Shown here: positions 28,815-38,513 of the stretch, piece after piece | How positions within the stretch are numbered: the stretch's first letter is position 1 | Layout of the letters: every line of letters begins with the position of its first letter | Assembly: GCA_963980215.1 (NCBI GenBank) | Contig: CAXBYZ010000001.1 | Location: 7,370 to 71,369, forward strand | Length of the DNA stretch: 64,000 nucleotides | Direction: 5' to 3' | From: an uncultured bacterium | Lineage (GTDB): Bacteria; Patescibacteriota; Microgenomatia; UBA1400; CG1-02-47-37 | Translations under genes and position numbers: made by a program | The notes under the pieces: generated by a model | Seen by the model: the letters and a program-made list of their open reading frames with translations, nothing else | The model's database searches: none | What the model was told of the DNA's origin: nothing

Positions 28815-29804
28815 TCAGGAAAGATCGCGACCGGTAAAAACTTCTCTGATGATGTCTTCTATTGATGATTCTAAAATATTTAAGTCAGCGACGGGGAAGC
28901 TCTCTAGTAATTTGGCAGCGACAGAGTTGGCTGATTTTCTTTTGACCGAGAAAGTGACACGAGGGGGGTCAAATTTTTTGATCTTGGCGGCTCTAATAGT
29001 TTTAAAATCTTTTTTCTCTATTGGTTTTGAGAAAGTGACTTCTAGAATCTTTCGATCGGCGTATTTTTTGATGATTTCATCTAGCAAGCCGTCGAAGAAA
29101 ACTGTGCCTTTGTCGATGATGATAACTCGGTCGCATAACTCTTTGACGTCGTCCATGTAGTGGGAGGTAAGAATTATAGTGGCTTGGTATTTTTGGTTGT
29201 ATTCTTTTAGGAACTCTCTGATTTTTTGTTGCATGACAACGTCTAAGCCAATGGTTGGTTCGTCTAAAAATAATACTTTTGGGGAATGTAGGAGAGCGGC
29301 GACAAGCTCGCACTTCATTCTTTGACCTAGGGATAGTTTTCTAACTTGGATTTTTAGAATGTCTTTTAGGTCTAACATTTTGGTTAGGTCATCTAGGGTT
29401 TTTTTAAATTGTTTTTTGTCGATCTCGTAAATTTCGCGGTTTAAAATGAACGAGTCTAGGGCTGGTAGGTCCCACCAGAGCTGATTTTTTTGACCCATGA
29501 TGAGGGAAAATTGTTTTTGGAAGGCTGGTTTTCTATCAAAGGGGGTGAAACCCAGAACACTAACGTCTCCGGCGGTGGGGTAAAGTAGTCCTGATAAAAC
29601 CTTTAGGGTGGTGGTTTTGCCAGCACCGTTTGGGCCAATGAATCCGACCAACTCACCTTCTTTGATGGAAAAAGATATGTCGTTGACGGCTTTGACACTT
29701 TGATACTCTCTTTTAAATAAAGATTTTACAGAACCTTTTAAACCCGGTTCTTTTTGGTGAACTTTGTAGTATTTCTTTAGGTTTTTGACTTTAATAACTG
29801 ACAT
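28815..29804 (-). CDS. ABC transporter ATP-binding protein
   Basis: Walker A GPNGAGKTT, signature LSLGQRMK, Walker B LFLDEP. Confidence 0.8.
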   Translation of the reverse strand: MSVIKVKNLKKYYKVHQKEPGLKGSVKSLFKREYQSVKAVNDISFSIKEGELVGFIGPNGAGKTTTLKVLSGLLYPTAGDVSVLGFTPFDRKPAFQKQFSLIMGQKNQLWWDLPALDSFILNREIYEIDKKQFKKTLDDLTKMLDLKDILKIQVRKLSLGQRMKCELVAALLHSPKVLFLDEPTIGLDVVMQQKIREFLKEYNQKYQATIILTSHYMDDVKELCDRVIIIDKGTVFFDGLLDEIIKKYADRKILEVTFSKPIEKKDFKTIRAAKIKKFDPPRVTFSVKRKSANSVAAKLLESFPVADLNILESSIEDIIREVFTGRDLS

Positions 29805-29871
29805 ATTTTTATTCTATCACGATGAAGCGGAGGTGTAGTGTTTTAAAGCAAAAAGGTAGAAGGGTGGAGAT

Positions 29872-30147
29872 TTATTTTTTAACTAATCTTTTGAGGGTTT
29901 TGCCGACCAGGAAGCGGACAACGCGGTGAGATTTGATGATTAGATCTTCTCCTGTTTGAGGATTGCGTCCTTTTTTGTCTTTAACTTTACTAACTTTGAA
30001 AGTGCCAAAACCTGAAAGAACAATTTTTTCACCTTTGTTGATTTGTCTAACAATTTCGTCTAGGAAAGCGTCGACACATTCGTGAGCGGCTTTTTTTGTA
30101 AGGTGAGATTTTTTGGCAACTATCTCTATCAATTCTGCTTTAGTCAT
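29872..30147 (-). CDS. hup: DNA-binding protein HU
   Basis: 91 aa: MTKAELIEIVA...GFGTFKVSKVKDKKGRNPQTGE. Confidence 0.85.
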   Translation of the reverse strand: MTKAELIEIVAKKSHLTKKAAHECVDAFLDEIVRQINKGEKIVLSGFGTFKVSKVKDKKGRNPQTGEDLIIKSHRVVRFLVGKTLKRLVKK

Positions 30148-30212
30148 ATAGCTAGTATATTAGCTGATATATCAGCCTGAATCAAGCGGTAATTTAAATG
30201 ATTAAAGTCTGA

Positions 30213-31748
30213 TTATGTGGTTGCTTCGGTTTTGGTTTCTCTGGTAACTGATACTTTGATCTGGCCTGGAAAATCTTTGACATCTTCTTTGATTTTATCT
30301 CTGATGTCGTTGGCTAGTTTGGTTGCCCCATCGTCATCTAACTCTTGCGGGTTAGCTATGACTCTAACTTCTCGACCGGCTTGAATAGCAAAAGCTGATT
30401 TAACCCCGTTAAAAGATTTGGCAATGTCTTCTAGCTCTGTCATTCTTTGAATGTAACCATCGTGATCTTCATATCTTGCCCCTGGCCTTGAACCGGAGAT
30501 AGCATCTGAGATGTAGACCAAGACTGATTCTGTCGAGGAAAATGGCTTGTCTTCATGGTGTTCGGCTACACAGTCGATAACTGCCTGAGGAAGCCGATGT
30601 TTCTTTAGAAACTTAACTCCAAGCTCAACGTGAGTACCTTCTTCATCGTTGATAACTTTACCAATGTCGTGAAGAAGACAAGCTAACCTGACAATGTTGA
30701 CATCTGCACCAACCTCGTGAGCTAACTTGATACCAATTTTAGTCTCTTCTAGGGTGTGAGTGATCATACTTTGACCATAAGAGAAGCGGTATTTGAAGCG
30801 ACCAAGCATGTCGATAACGGGAATTGGGAGGTTATAGACTTTGACAGCATGACAAAGCTTTTCACCTTCTTGGTGCATTAATCTTTCTAGATCTTTTTTG
30901 ACTCTTTGATAAACCTCTTCAATACGAGAAGGCTGGATTCTGCCGTCGGCTAAAAGTTTTTCTAGAGTTACTCTAGCGATTTCTCTTCTGATCGAGTCAA
31001 AGCAAGAAAGCCTGATAACTCCGGCTTCATCTAGATCGACCTCGACACCAGTAACTTTTTCAAAGGTTCTAATATTTCTACCTTCCCTACCAATAACCCG
31101 ACCCTTTATCTCTTCATCTTTGACTTTGATGAGTGAGACGGTGTACTCGGCTACATAGTCAGTGGCTCCGTGACGCATAGCTTCAACTAAAAGTTCTTTT
31201 GATTTGACTTCAGCCTCAGCTTTGGCTTTTTTCTCTGCTCCAGTAATGATCTCGGCAATATCTCTGGTCATTCTATTTTCGTAGGCCTTGATAATTAATT
31301 CTTGAGCTTCTTCTTTTTTAAGCTTGGCGATTTTTTCTAGTTTTTCAAGTTGTTTTTTCTTGGTTGCGTCAATACTTTCAAGTTTTTTGGTTATAACTTG
31401 TTCCTGACTGGAAACTGATTTTTCTCGGTGTTCAATGGCTCCTAGTTTGTGTTCTAGTTCAGCTCGTTGCCTTAAAGCTTCTTCTTTTAGTTTGCCAGCA
31501 TCTTGAACCATTCTTTGAGCATTGGCGTCGGCTTGACGCTTGATGTCAAAAGCTTTGTCTTTGGCTTCTATGATAAGCTCTCTAGCTTTGTTTTCTATCT
31601 CGGCTAAGTTGATGGTTGATTGAGGAGTTGGTTTTGCGTTTGGAGTTTTAGTTTTGGGTGGTTTTTGAGGTTTTGCTTGAGGCTTACCGGCTGATTTTTG
31701 AGCGGGTTGATTACTAACAATTTTGGTAAAGCGTGAAAAAAATGACAT
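30213..31748 (-). CDS. rny: ribonuclease Y
   Basis: Coiled-coil N-half, KH domain (GREGRNIRTFEKVTGV), HD domain (LLHDIGK). Confidence 0.85.
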   Translation of the reverse strand: MSFFSRFTKIVSNQPAQKSAGKPQAKPQKPPKTKTPNAKPTPQSTINLAEIENKARELIIEAKDKAFDIKRQADANAQRMVQDAGKLKEEALRQRAELEHKLGAIEHREKSVSSQEQVITKKLESIDATKKKQLEKLEKIAKLKKEEAQELIIKAYENRMTRDIAEIITGAEKKAKAEAEVKSKELLVEAMRHGATDYVAEYTVSLIKVKDEEIKGRVIGREGRNIRTFEKVTGVEVDLDEAGVIRLSCFDSIRREIARVTLEKLLADGRIQPSRIEEVYQRVKKDLERLMHQEGEKLCHAVKVYNLPIPVIDMLGRFKYRFSYGQSMITHTLEETKIGIKLAHEVGADVNIVRLACLLHDIGKVINDEEGTHVELGVKFLKKHRLPQAVIDCVAEHHEDKPFSSTESVLVYISDAISGSRPGARYEDHDGYIQRMTELEDIAKSFNGVKSAFAIQAGREVRVIANPQELDDDGATKLANDIRDKIKEDVKDFPGQIKVSVTRETKTEATT

Positions 31749-31972
31749 ATTTATCCTTTATTAAGAGCAGGTTACGAACCTATTTGAAGTTCCTAACAAC
31801 TGCAAGCTATATTTAGTTTTTGGATAAATGGCGAAGGAAAAACTAATTCCGATACGGACCCGGCAGTTAAGCGGGGGTTGAGGTAAAGACTGATTTAGAT
31901 TGATACAACAACATTTTTAGTTAATAATAATCGCTATTTATCGATAAGAGTATTCTACTCTTTTATACCTAG

Positions 31973-32383
31973 TCAGTCAATGCTATTAAAGGTAAATCCT
32001 CGGGAGTAGAGATATTTATATGCTTTTTGTTTGTCGGTGATTTTTTTGGATTTTAATAGCTTTTTTGCTAAGTCTTTTTCTTGCTCTGATGAGAGTAGAA
32101 CTGAATCGATAATAGATTGATCAACACCTTTTTGAAATAGTTCGCTTTTTAGAGCTATGTTACCCTTTGGTCTATGAGTGGTTCTTTGTTCAACCCACCA
32201 AGAGGCAAACTTTTGATCATCTAGCAAGCTTGCGTTGATAAAATAATCCAGAGTTTGAGTGATTAAATCTGGAGTAGCGTACTTTAATCTTGATAGCTTT
32301 TGCTTGATCTCGAAAATACTTCTAGGACGATAAGATAGTAACCTTAAGGTTTTATTTTTTAATCGCTCTAAGTCTTTTTCCAT
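31973..32383 (-). CDS. recX: recombination regulator RecX
   Basis: 136 aa with a three-helical-repeat pattern, immediately downstream of recA. Confidence 0.75.
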   Translation of the reverse strand: MEKDLERLKNKTLRLLSYRPRSIFEIKQKLSRLKYATPDLITQTLDYFINASLLDDQKFASWWVEQRTTHRPKGNIALKSELFQKGVDQSIIDSVLLSSEQEKDLAKKLLKSKKITDKQKAYKYLYSRGFTFNSID

Positions 32384-32386
32384 TGA

Positions 32387-33418
32387 TTATTTTTTGGCAG
32401 GTCGACCACGCTTCTTGGTTTCTACTTGGTCGCCTTTTACAGCTTTCCAAACTAGACCTTCAATCTCTTTGGCAACTTTTTGAGTTTCGTTTAGGTACAT
32501 ACGGACAGCTTCTTTGCCTTGACCGACTACTTCTCCTTTGTATTTGTAGAAACTACCAGATTTCTCGATGATGTTGTGCTCAACGGCTAGATCAATTAGT
32601 CCACCCATCTTGGAAATACCATCGGTATTTAAGATGTCTACTTCGGCAAGTCTAAAAGGAGGGGCAACTTTGTTTTTGACAACCTTAAAACGATGACGAG
32701 AGCCAACGATAACTTCCCTATCTTGGATGTTGCCGATTTTTCTACAATCTAATCTAACTGATGAGTAGAACTTTAATGCCTTACCACCTGGAGTAGTTTC
32801 TGGATTACCAAACATGACTCCGATCTTCATACGGAGTTGGTTGGTAAAGATAACTACTGTTTTTGACTTGGCAATGGCACTGGTGAGTTTTCTCATGGCT
32901 TGACTCATAAGTCTTGCCTGAAGACCAATAATGGAGTCACCCATCTCTCCTTCGATTTCTGCTTTTGGTACAAGAGCGGCGACGGAGTCGATACAGATAA
33001 TGTCTACAGCTCCAGAGCGGATTAAAGTTTCGGTGATTTCTAGGGCTTGTTCGCCAGTATCTGGCTGAGAAATAATAAGGTCGTCTAGCTTAACACCAAT
33101 AGCTTCGGCTCTTTGAGGGTCTAGGGCATGCTCGGCGTCTATAAAAGCGGCGGTGCCTCCAATTTTTTGAGCTTCGGCAATGACATGTAAACAAAGTGTA
33201 GTTTTACCTGAAGCTTCTGGTCCATAAATTTCAGTGATACGAGATCGAGGTAAACCACCAACACCAAGAGCGATGTCTAGAGTAATTGAACCGGTGGGAA
33301 TAACGGCAACTTCTAGGTGCTGTTTGTCACCTAGTTTCATGATTGAACCTTGGCCATATTCTTTTTGAATCTGTTCCATCGCCACTTTAATTGCTTGAAG
33401 TTTTGGATCTTGTGCCAT
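32387..33418 (-). CDS. recA: recombinase RecA
   Basis: Walker [10 protein letters not shown]; [11 protein letters not shown]; canonical RecA throughout. Confidence 0.95.
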   Translation of the reverse strand: MAQDPKLQAIKVAMEQIQKEYGQGSIMKLGDKQHLEVAVIPTGSITLDIALGVGGLPRSRITEIYGPEASGKTTLCLHVIAEAQKIGGTAAFIDAEHALDPQRAEAIGVKLDDLIISQPDTGEQALEITETLIRSGAVDIICIDSVAALVPKAEIEGEMGDSIIGLQARLMSQAMRKLTSAIAKSKTVVIFTNQLRMKIGVMFGNPETTPGGKALKFYSSVRLDCRKIGNIQDREVIVGSRHRFKVVKNKVAPPFRLAEVDILNTDGISKMGGLIDLAVEHNIIEKSGSFYKYKGEVVGQGKEAVRMYLNETQKVAKEIEGLVWKAVKGDQVETKKRGRPAKK

Positions 33419-33449
33419 GTTTTCTCCTTTTGTGATGAGCAGGTTTATT

Positions 33450-33479
33450 ATCTTAACTCATTAAACAAACTTTTACCGA
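33450..33479 (-). promoter_or_regulatory. recA promoter (TTGACA-18nt-TTTAAT on the minus strand) with downstream SD AAAAGGAG
   Basis: Read from the reverse complement of 33450-33479. Confidence 0.35.
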
Positions 33480-33505
33480 AACTGTCAATGGGTGGATTGC
33501 CAAAC

Positions 33506-33781
33506 CTAAAGACCACTAAAGCTAATCTTTAATTCTCCACCAAATGTATTTGCTAATCGTTTTAGAAAAGAGACTGAAGTTGTAGTTTGGGCGTTTTCAA
33601 TGCGAGAGATAACTGATTGTTTGGTTTTAAGTTTTTTAGCTAATTGCTCTTGAGTGAGCTGATGTTTGACTCTAGCCTTGATGACTGTTCTGGCAATTTC
33701 ATATTCAAGACAACTCTTTTTGAGAGCTTCTTTGAACTTTGGATTTTTTAACAGTTGTTTTTTGTGTGTTTGCCAGTCCAT
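33506..33781 (-). CDS. HTH XRE-family antitoxin (HigA-like)
   Basis: LTQEQLAKKLKTKQSVISRIEN is an XRE HTH. Downstream partner of the HigB-like toxin. Confidence 0.65.
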   Translation of the reverse strand: MDWQTHKKQLLKNPKFKEALKKSCLEYEIARTVIKARVKHQLTQEQLAKKLKTKQSVISRIENAQTTTSVSFLKRLANTFGGELKISFSGL

Positions 33782-33811
33782 ATGTTTTTATAATATCACA
33801 ATATTGTGATA

Positions 33812-34153
33812 TTAGTCAAGTGAGTTTTTTAATCTTTGCAAGGCTATCTTGATTTCTTTTTTAGGAGTTTTTTGAGATTTTTTGATAAAAGCATGGAGAA
33901 ATAAAAATATTTTATTTTTTTTAGTAAAGTAAAAAAACCGTATAGATTTCTTGCCAATAAGCCTTAATTCCCATAATGGCGTACCCTTAAGTTTCTTGAT
34001 ATAAGGTCTACCTAGCTTGAGGTTAAATTCTATTAACAATTCGAATGTATCGTGAACTTTTGCCTGAGAAGTTTCTGGCAAATTATTAATAAAGTCTTTA
34101 ACTGGAATTTTACCTGATGATTTAGTGTAGTATTTTATTTTCCATTTGGGCAT
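33812..34153 (-). CDS. type II toxin, HigB/Gp49 (RelE superfamily) family
   Basis: ...GTPLWELRLIGKKSIRFFYF...IFLFLHAFIKKSQKTPKKEI; toxin-first gene order typical of higBA. Confidence 0.65.
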   Translation of the reverse strand: MPKWKIKYYTKSSGKIPVKDFINNLPETSQAKVHDTFELLIEFNLKLGRPYIKKLKGTPLWELRLIGKKSIRFFYFTKKNKIFLFLHAFIKKSQKTPKKEIKIALQRLKNSLD

Positions 34154-34220
34154 TAGTTCATTAAATCAAATAAAACCCGAAGGTGTCAAGTGGGAGTTGA
34201 CGTGATAAAATAAATAAAAA

Positions 34221-34291
34221 CGGGGATTGGTTTAACGGTAGAATGCGCGGCTGGGGGTCGTGCGGCGACAGTTCAATTCTGTCATCCCCGA
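34221..34291 (+). tRNA. tRNA-Pro (anticodon GGG), no encoded CCA
   Basis: Cloverleaf built by hand. Acceptor CGGGGAT/ATCCCCG (C1:G72), discriminator A73, U8, A14, D-loop GG. Anticodon loop CUGGGGG (U33, G37). T-arm GACAG-TTCAATT-CTGTC. Confidence 0.8.
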
Positions 34292-34297
34292 CTATTT

Positions 34298-34315
34298 AGA
34301 TTGATATATCAATCT
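34298..34315 (+). terminator. perfect 18-bp palindrome AGATTGATATATCAATCT followed by TTTAT (tRNA terminator or operator)
   Basis: Self-complementary by inspection. Shares the TGATATATCA core with a palindrome at 30157-30175. Confidence 0.35.
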
Positions 34316-34318
34316 TTA

Positions 34319-34337
34319 TCACACTCCAGGAGTGTGA
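34319..34337. repeat. REP-like hairpin, family A variant (TCACACTCCAGGAGTGTGA)
   Basis: Same ATCACAC...GTGTGAT arms as the canonical copies, different centre. Confidence 0.65.
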
Positions 34338-34348
34338 TATTATAAACA

Positions 34349-34729
34349 ATGAAAATAATAAAGAAATTAATTGAACCGAAGTATAGAAAGGAAGGTGGAT
34401 TGTGGATGTTGGATATTGATAAGATTGAAGTGGGGTTTGAGGTAAAACAACGATCTATAGTACATATTCCTCCTGGCCAACTAGGAGGCAATCACAAACA
34501 CCCCAGGACTGAAGCGTTTATTGGAATTGGTAGAGAGTTAGAGTTGGTGTGGAAAGAAAATGAGAAGCTAATAAAAGAGATGATGAATCCAGGGGGACAG
34601 CTAGTATTGTTTACTATTCCTCCACAAGTGGAGCATGCGGTGAAAAATAAGTCTGAAGCTGAAAACGGGATGTTGATTGAGTTGGCTGATGCTGAACAAG
34701 ATCTGGTAGAAGTTTGTAAATTAATCTAG
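34349..34729 (+). CDS. cupin-domain protein
   Basis: Cupin motif 1 GGNHKHPRTEAFIGIG (G-x-H-x-H-x3-E-x6-G) and motif 2 PPQVEHAVKN (P-x-x-x-H-x3-N). Confidence 0.65.
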   Translation: MKIIKKLIEPKYRKEGGLWMLDIDKIEVGFEVKQRSIVHIPPGQLGGNHKHPRTEAFIGIGRELELVWKENEKLIKEMMNPGGQLVLFTIPPQVEHAVKNKSEAENGMLIELADAEQDLVEVCKLI

Positions 34730-34730
34730 A

Positions 34731-34749
34731 TCACACCTTAGAGGTGTGA
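34731..34749. repeat. REP-like hairpin, family A
   Basis: TCACACCTTAGAGGTGTGA. Sits 1 nt after the cupin stop and supplies the stop plus HTSKV to the convergent phosphoribosyltransferase gene. Confidence 0.7.
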
Positions 34750-35279
34750 TTTTGGAAATATTTGACTTGTTCGGGGGAGAAATTAAGGGATTTGAGGGAG
34801 TCGAGTTTGCCTAGTTTTTTAAGGTCGTCTATGGTCTCTCTAACATCGTAAGCAAAAACTACCCACTTGTCTGTTTTGATTTGCCAGTAATCTGGCAAGG
34901 GTTTACTCCAAGGTTTGATAATGGGAGTGAAAGTGGTAATTTTTTTGGGTTTTAGGGGCTTTAAATAATTAAAGGCGGCTTTTAGAGTAGTACCTTTATC
35001 TGTAATTTCGTCGACTAGTAAAATTGACTCGCCTTTGATATCAACAGCTAATTTTTCAACAATTTTGGGCTCGCCGGAATTGCCAACACTGGCGTAGGAA
35101 ACGAGAGTGAAATTGGATATAGGTAGCTTTAGAAAATCTGAGAGAATGCGAGAGATGACTAAACCGCCACGAGAGATACAAACAATGCGATCGAACTTTA
35201 TTTTTTTGTCGATAACCGTTTTTGAAAATTGAAAGCAGTGGTCTTGGATTTGATCCCAAGAAATGTATTGAAATTTCAT
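34731..35279 (-). CDS. phosphoribosyltransferase (type I PRTase fold)
   Basis: PRPP-binding motif ILLVDEITDKGTTL. The C-terminal NHTSKV and the stop are REP-encoded. Confidence 0.7.
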   Translation of the reverse strand: MKFQYISWDQIQDHCFQFSKTVIDKKIKFDRIVCISRGGLVISRILSDFLKLPISNFTLVSYASVGNSGEPKIVEKLAVDIKGESILLVDEITDKGTTLKAAFNYLKPLKPKKITTFTPIIKPWSKPLPDYWQIKTDKWVVFAYDVRETIDDLKKLGKLDSLKSLNFSPEQVKYFQNHTSKV

Positions 35280-35291
35280 AGGTTTACTCTA

Positions 35292-35310
35292 TCACGCTCC
35301 AGGAGTGTGA
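35292..35310. repeat. REP-like hairpin, family A variant (TCACGCTCCAGGAGTGTGA)
   Basis: One mismatch in the stem relative to the 34319 copy. Confidence 0.6.
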
Positions 35311-35327
35311 TTGGGTGGTGTATTGGC

Positions 35328-35906
35328 TTATTCGATTATTATATCAAGATTATTAAGAAGAGATAAAACTTCAGGCTGGGAAAACTTGACTTTGGTGAGC
35401 TTGTTGGTGGTTGGATCGATAGTGTAGTTGGTGGCTTTGGTAAAATTTGCCTTGGTGAGATTTGAGTTTTGGAAAACGCTTCGATTGAGATCGGAGTTGG
35501 AAAAGTTTGAACTAGTTAAATCGGTATCGATAAAAAAAGTGTCTCTGATGATACATTCTTGAAAAGAAGTATTTCTTAGGTCTAGTTTTGAGAAACTACA
35601 TTTATCTAGTAAGCATTTGCTGAAACTAATGGTAAGTAAAAAGGGGTTTAATTGAGAAAAATCTATGTCCGTTAGCTTGCAGTCTTTTAGACTAATATCT
35701 TTAAAACTAGTGGATTCTATGGAAACTTGACTAAGCTCACAATTGGTAAATTGACAGTCGGAAAAATCGGCATTGGTAAAGTTGGTTTTGGTAAAAATAC
35801 ATTTGGTAAATTGAGAGTCTAAAAATTCTTTGGCAGAAAAATCTTGATTGGAAAAATTTAAATTTTTAAAATTTTGATTTTCGTAACTTTGATGATTAAG
35901 GTTCAT
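35328..35906 (-). CDS. pentapeptide-repeat protein
   Basis: Tandem A(D/N)LxX-type pentapeptides (NFSNQDFSAKEFLDSQFTKCIFTKTNFTNADFSDCQFTNCELS...). Confidence 0.8.
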   Translation of the reverse strand: MNLNHQSYENQNFKNLNFSNQDFSAKEFLDSQFTKCIFTKTNFTNADFSDCQFTNCELSQVSIESTSFKDISLKDCKLTDIDFSQLNPFLLTISFSKCLLDKCSFSKLDLRNTSFQECIIRDTFFIDTDLTSSNFSNSDLNRSVFQNSNLTKANFTKATNYTIDPTTNKLTKVKFSQPEVLSLLNNLDIIIE

Positions 35907-35909
35907 ATT

Positions 35910-36668
35910 TTAATAGCAAAAATAACTACCAATAGGAGAAAATTCTTTGATGTAGGTTTGGGGGGTATAGAAAGCCGAGGCGGAACCGCCATCTAAATTG
36001 ATGGCCACATCAAAATCTTGATTAATTTTTTGGCCGATAATTTCTAGAACTTGTGGGGTTTCGGCTAGTAGGGGTCCGTTAAACTCCGAGTCTTTAGAAA
36101 CAATGGTGATAAATATTAGTTGATTTTGAGGGGTGAGAGTGGCGATGACTCTTCGCCTACCTTCGTCGTTGATAATTTTTAAGGGCATTAAGGCTTGATC
36201 TTTGATTAACAAGGGGCCTGACTGGAGACCAAAGTCGGCATTTGCTATTGGAGTGGTGGTGATAGAAAATTGATTGTCTTTTGAATAAATAAAGCCATTA
36301 AATAAACGGCTGGTGATTTCTCTTGACTTTTCTATTTTGTTTTCTACAAACCAACCTAAAGGTTGATTGTTTTGATCATAAAATCCACCATTGGTAAGAA
36401 ATGTACAGTTATGTTTTTTGATTAAGTCTGTGGATGAATCTGATTGAGGGAGGTTTAAAAATAATTGTAAGTTTTTTGAGTTAGGGACTAGATAGTAAGC
36501 AAAAGGGTAGGTGTGTTGGTGGTAGTTGACGGAATTGAGGGTATCGACTAATGACGGGAGTTTAACTTCTTGAGGTAAAGGTGTGACCCCTGGAGTTTTT
36601 TGGGGAGAGTTTTTGAAAAAGAGAAGATAGAGGCTGAGGATTAGGAGAAGAAAAAAGATTTTTTTCAT
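35910..36668 (-). CDS. secreted phosphodiester glycosidase-family protein (DUF2233/NAGPA-like)
   Basis: Signal peptide; NGGFY...GWFVEN and AINLDGGSAS motifs. Confidence 0.6.
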   Translation of the reverse strand: MKKIFFLLLILSLYLLFFKNSPQKTPGVTPLPQEVKLPSLVDTLNSVNYHQHTYPFAYYLVPNSKNLQLFLNLPQSDSSTDLIKKHNCTFLTNGGFYDQNNQPLGWFVENKIEKSREITSRLFNGFIYSKDNQFSITTTPIANADFGLQSGPLLIKDQALMPLKIINDEGRRRVIATLTPQNQLIFITIVSKDSEFNGPLLAETPQVLEIIGQKINQDFDVAINLDGGSASAFYTPQTYIKEFSPIGSYFCY

Positions 36669-37621
36669 AAGTTGGCGGTGACGATGGTTTGGAGTTGTTC
36701 TCTAGTGGTGGTGGCCATGAGTTGTTGGCGGAGATTTAGGGCATTAGGAAAGTCGTTGATGTAAACTTTGATAAATCTTTTTAAGACATGAATAGGTTTT
36801 TTATCTCCCCAATTTTTGATAAAGATGTTTAAGTGGTCATCTAATAATTTAAATTTTTCTTGAGGAGATAAATCTTTGATGGATTTTTGGGGATTGAAGA
36901 TAAAGGGATCGTGAAAGACTCCCCGACCGATCATGACGCCATCAACTTGATACTTTTTAACTTTTTGGTGAGCGTCTACTAATGAAGTAACGTCGCCATT
37001 GCCGATGATTAGAGTATTAGGGCTGATTTTGTCTCTTAGCTTAACCGCTTTTCCAATCTCATCCCAATGAGTGGGAACGTCGGATAATTCTTTAGTGGTG
37101 CGACCGTGAATGGTAAGGGCTGAGGGTTTGAATTTTAGTAAAAAGCTGATCCAGATTTCAGTTTGGATAGTTTTAAAACCAATTCTGGTTTTGATAGAGA
37201 CTGGGATTTTGTTGTTGGCACCTTTTATAGTAGCGGTGATAATTTTTTCGGCTAAGGAATGATTGTTGATCAAAGCAGAACAGGCACCTTTTTTGATGAC
37301 GGTTTTTTCTGGACAGCCAAAATTCAGGTCAACTCCGTTAAAACCTAAGTTATAAACTAGATCAGCTGAAGCTTCAAAAAGCTCGGGAACTAGACCCCAA
37401 AGTTGGGCGATTAAGGGTTTTTCTTTTGGGGTGTGATTTAAATATTGAAGATAGCTTGATTGATCGTGAGAAAAGATGGATTGAACGTTAACAAATTCGG
37501 TAAACATTAAGTCTGGTTTTCCGATATTAACCAACAATTGCCGAAAGGCCATGTCGGTGACCCCCTCCATGGGAGCTAAGCAAATGATGGGCTTTTTTAG
37601 GATTTGCCAAATATTTACCAT
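36665..37621 (-). CDS. dus: tRNA-dihydrouridine synthase
   Basis: ICLAPMEGVTDMAFRQL; TIM-barrel FMN site; catalytic Cys region NFGCP. Confidence 0.8.
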   Translation of the reverse strand: MVNIWQILKKPIICLAPMEGVTDMAFRQLLVNIGKPDLMFTEFVNVQSIFSHDQSSYLQYLNHTPKEKPLIAQLWGLVPELFEASADLVYNLGFNGVDLNFGCPEKTVIKKGACSALINNHSLAEKIITATIKGANNKIPVSIKTRIGFKTIQTEIWISFLLKFKPSALTIHGRTTKELSDVPTHWDEIGKAVKLRDKISPNTLIIGNGDVTSLVDAHQKVKKYQVDGVMIGRGVFHDPFIFNPQKSIKDLSPQEKFKLLDDHLNIFIKNWGDKKPIHVLKRFIKVYINDFPNALNLRQQLMATTTREQLQTIVTANL

Positions 37622-37638
37622 AGTGAGATGATTATACT

Positions 37639-38502
37639 ATGACTAAAGATAAGTACTCGGCTACTTGGGTTTCTCATTCTTCGATTAGTGATTGGTTGGC
37701 TTGTCCTCGAGCTTACTTTTTGAAAAATGTGTATAAAGATCCAAAAACTGGGCATAAAATTTCTTTAATGAGTCCACCACTAGCTTTGGGGTCGGCGGTA
37801 CATGAAGTGGTGGAGGGGTTGTCTGTGTTGCCAACCGATAAAAGATTTGATGAGTCGTTGATTAAAAAATTTGATAAAGTCTGGGGGAAATTTAGTGGTA
37901 AGAAGGGTGGGTTTGGGGATGAAGCTGAGGAGGGCCGGTATAAAGAGAGAGGAAAAAAGATGTTGAGGCGAGTGATGAAGTATCCGGGGCCTTTGAAAAA
38001 TTTGGCGGTGAAGATTCAGATGGATTTGCCTAATTATTGGCTAAGTGAAGAAGATAATATAATTCTTTGTGGAAAGATTGATTGGCTTGAATATTTGAAA
38101 GACGAGGACATGGTCCATATTATTGACTTTAAAACCGGAAAAAGGGCGGAGCAAAAGGGTTCGTTGCAACTACCGATTTATTATTTATTGGTAACTAATA
38201 CTCAAAAACGGGCGGTAAAAAAGGCAAGTTATTGGCATATTGATTTGGCCGATGAGCCGATGGAACAAAAGTTACCGGATATTAAAAAAGCTAATGAGAA
38301 GATTTTAAAAATTGCTAAGGAGATAAAGCTGGCGAGAACTTTGGAGAGGTTTAAGTGCCCGAATGATGGCTGTCGAGCTTGTAAACCAATGGAGAAAATT
38401 ATTAAAGGCGAAGGTGAGTTTGTGGGGGTGGATGAGATTCGGCGGGATATTTATATTCTACCTAGAACGAAAGAGGATAAGCCTGAGGGTAAGATATTGT
38501 GA
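37639..38502 (+). CDS. PD-(D/E)XK nuclease, Cas4/RecB-like, with 4-Cys cluster
   Basis: N-terminal Cys (WLACPRAYF), IIDFKTGKR (D...K) core, C-terminal FKCPNDGCRACKP Cys triad. Confidence 0.6.
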   Translation: MTKDKYSATWVSHSSISDWLACPRAYFLKNVYKDPKTGHKISLMSPPLALGSAVHEVVEGLSVLPTDKRFDESLIKKFDKVWGKFSGKKGGFGDEAEEGRYKERGKKMLRRVMKYPGPLKNLAVKIQMDLPNYWLSEEDNIILCGKIDWLEYLKDEDMVHIIDFKTGKRAEQKGSLQLPIYYLLVTNTQKRAVKKASYWHIDLADEPMEQKLPDIKKANEKILKIAKEIKLARTLERFKCPNDGCRACKPMEKIIKGEGEFVGVDEIRRDIYILPRTKEDKPEGKIL

Positions 38503-38513
38503 GTGAGTAAAAT

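Noticed and set aside
29815-29842. CTATCACGATGAAGCGGAGGTGTAGTG as a degenerate family-A REP between the ABC ATPase and hup
   Set aside because: Only the outer ATCAC...GTG arms resemble family A. Too diverged to call.
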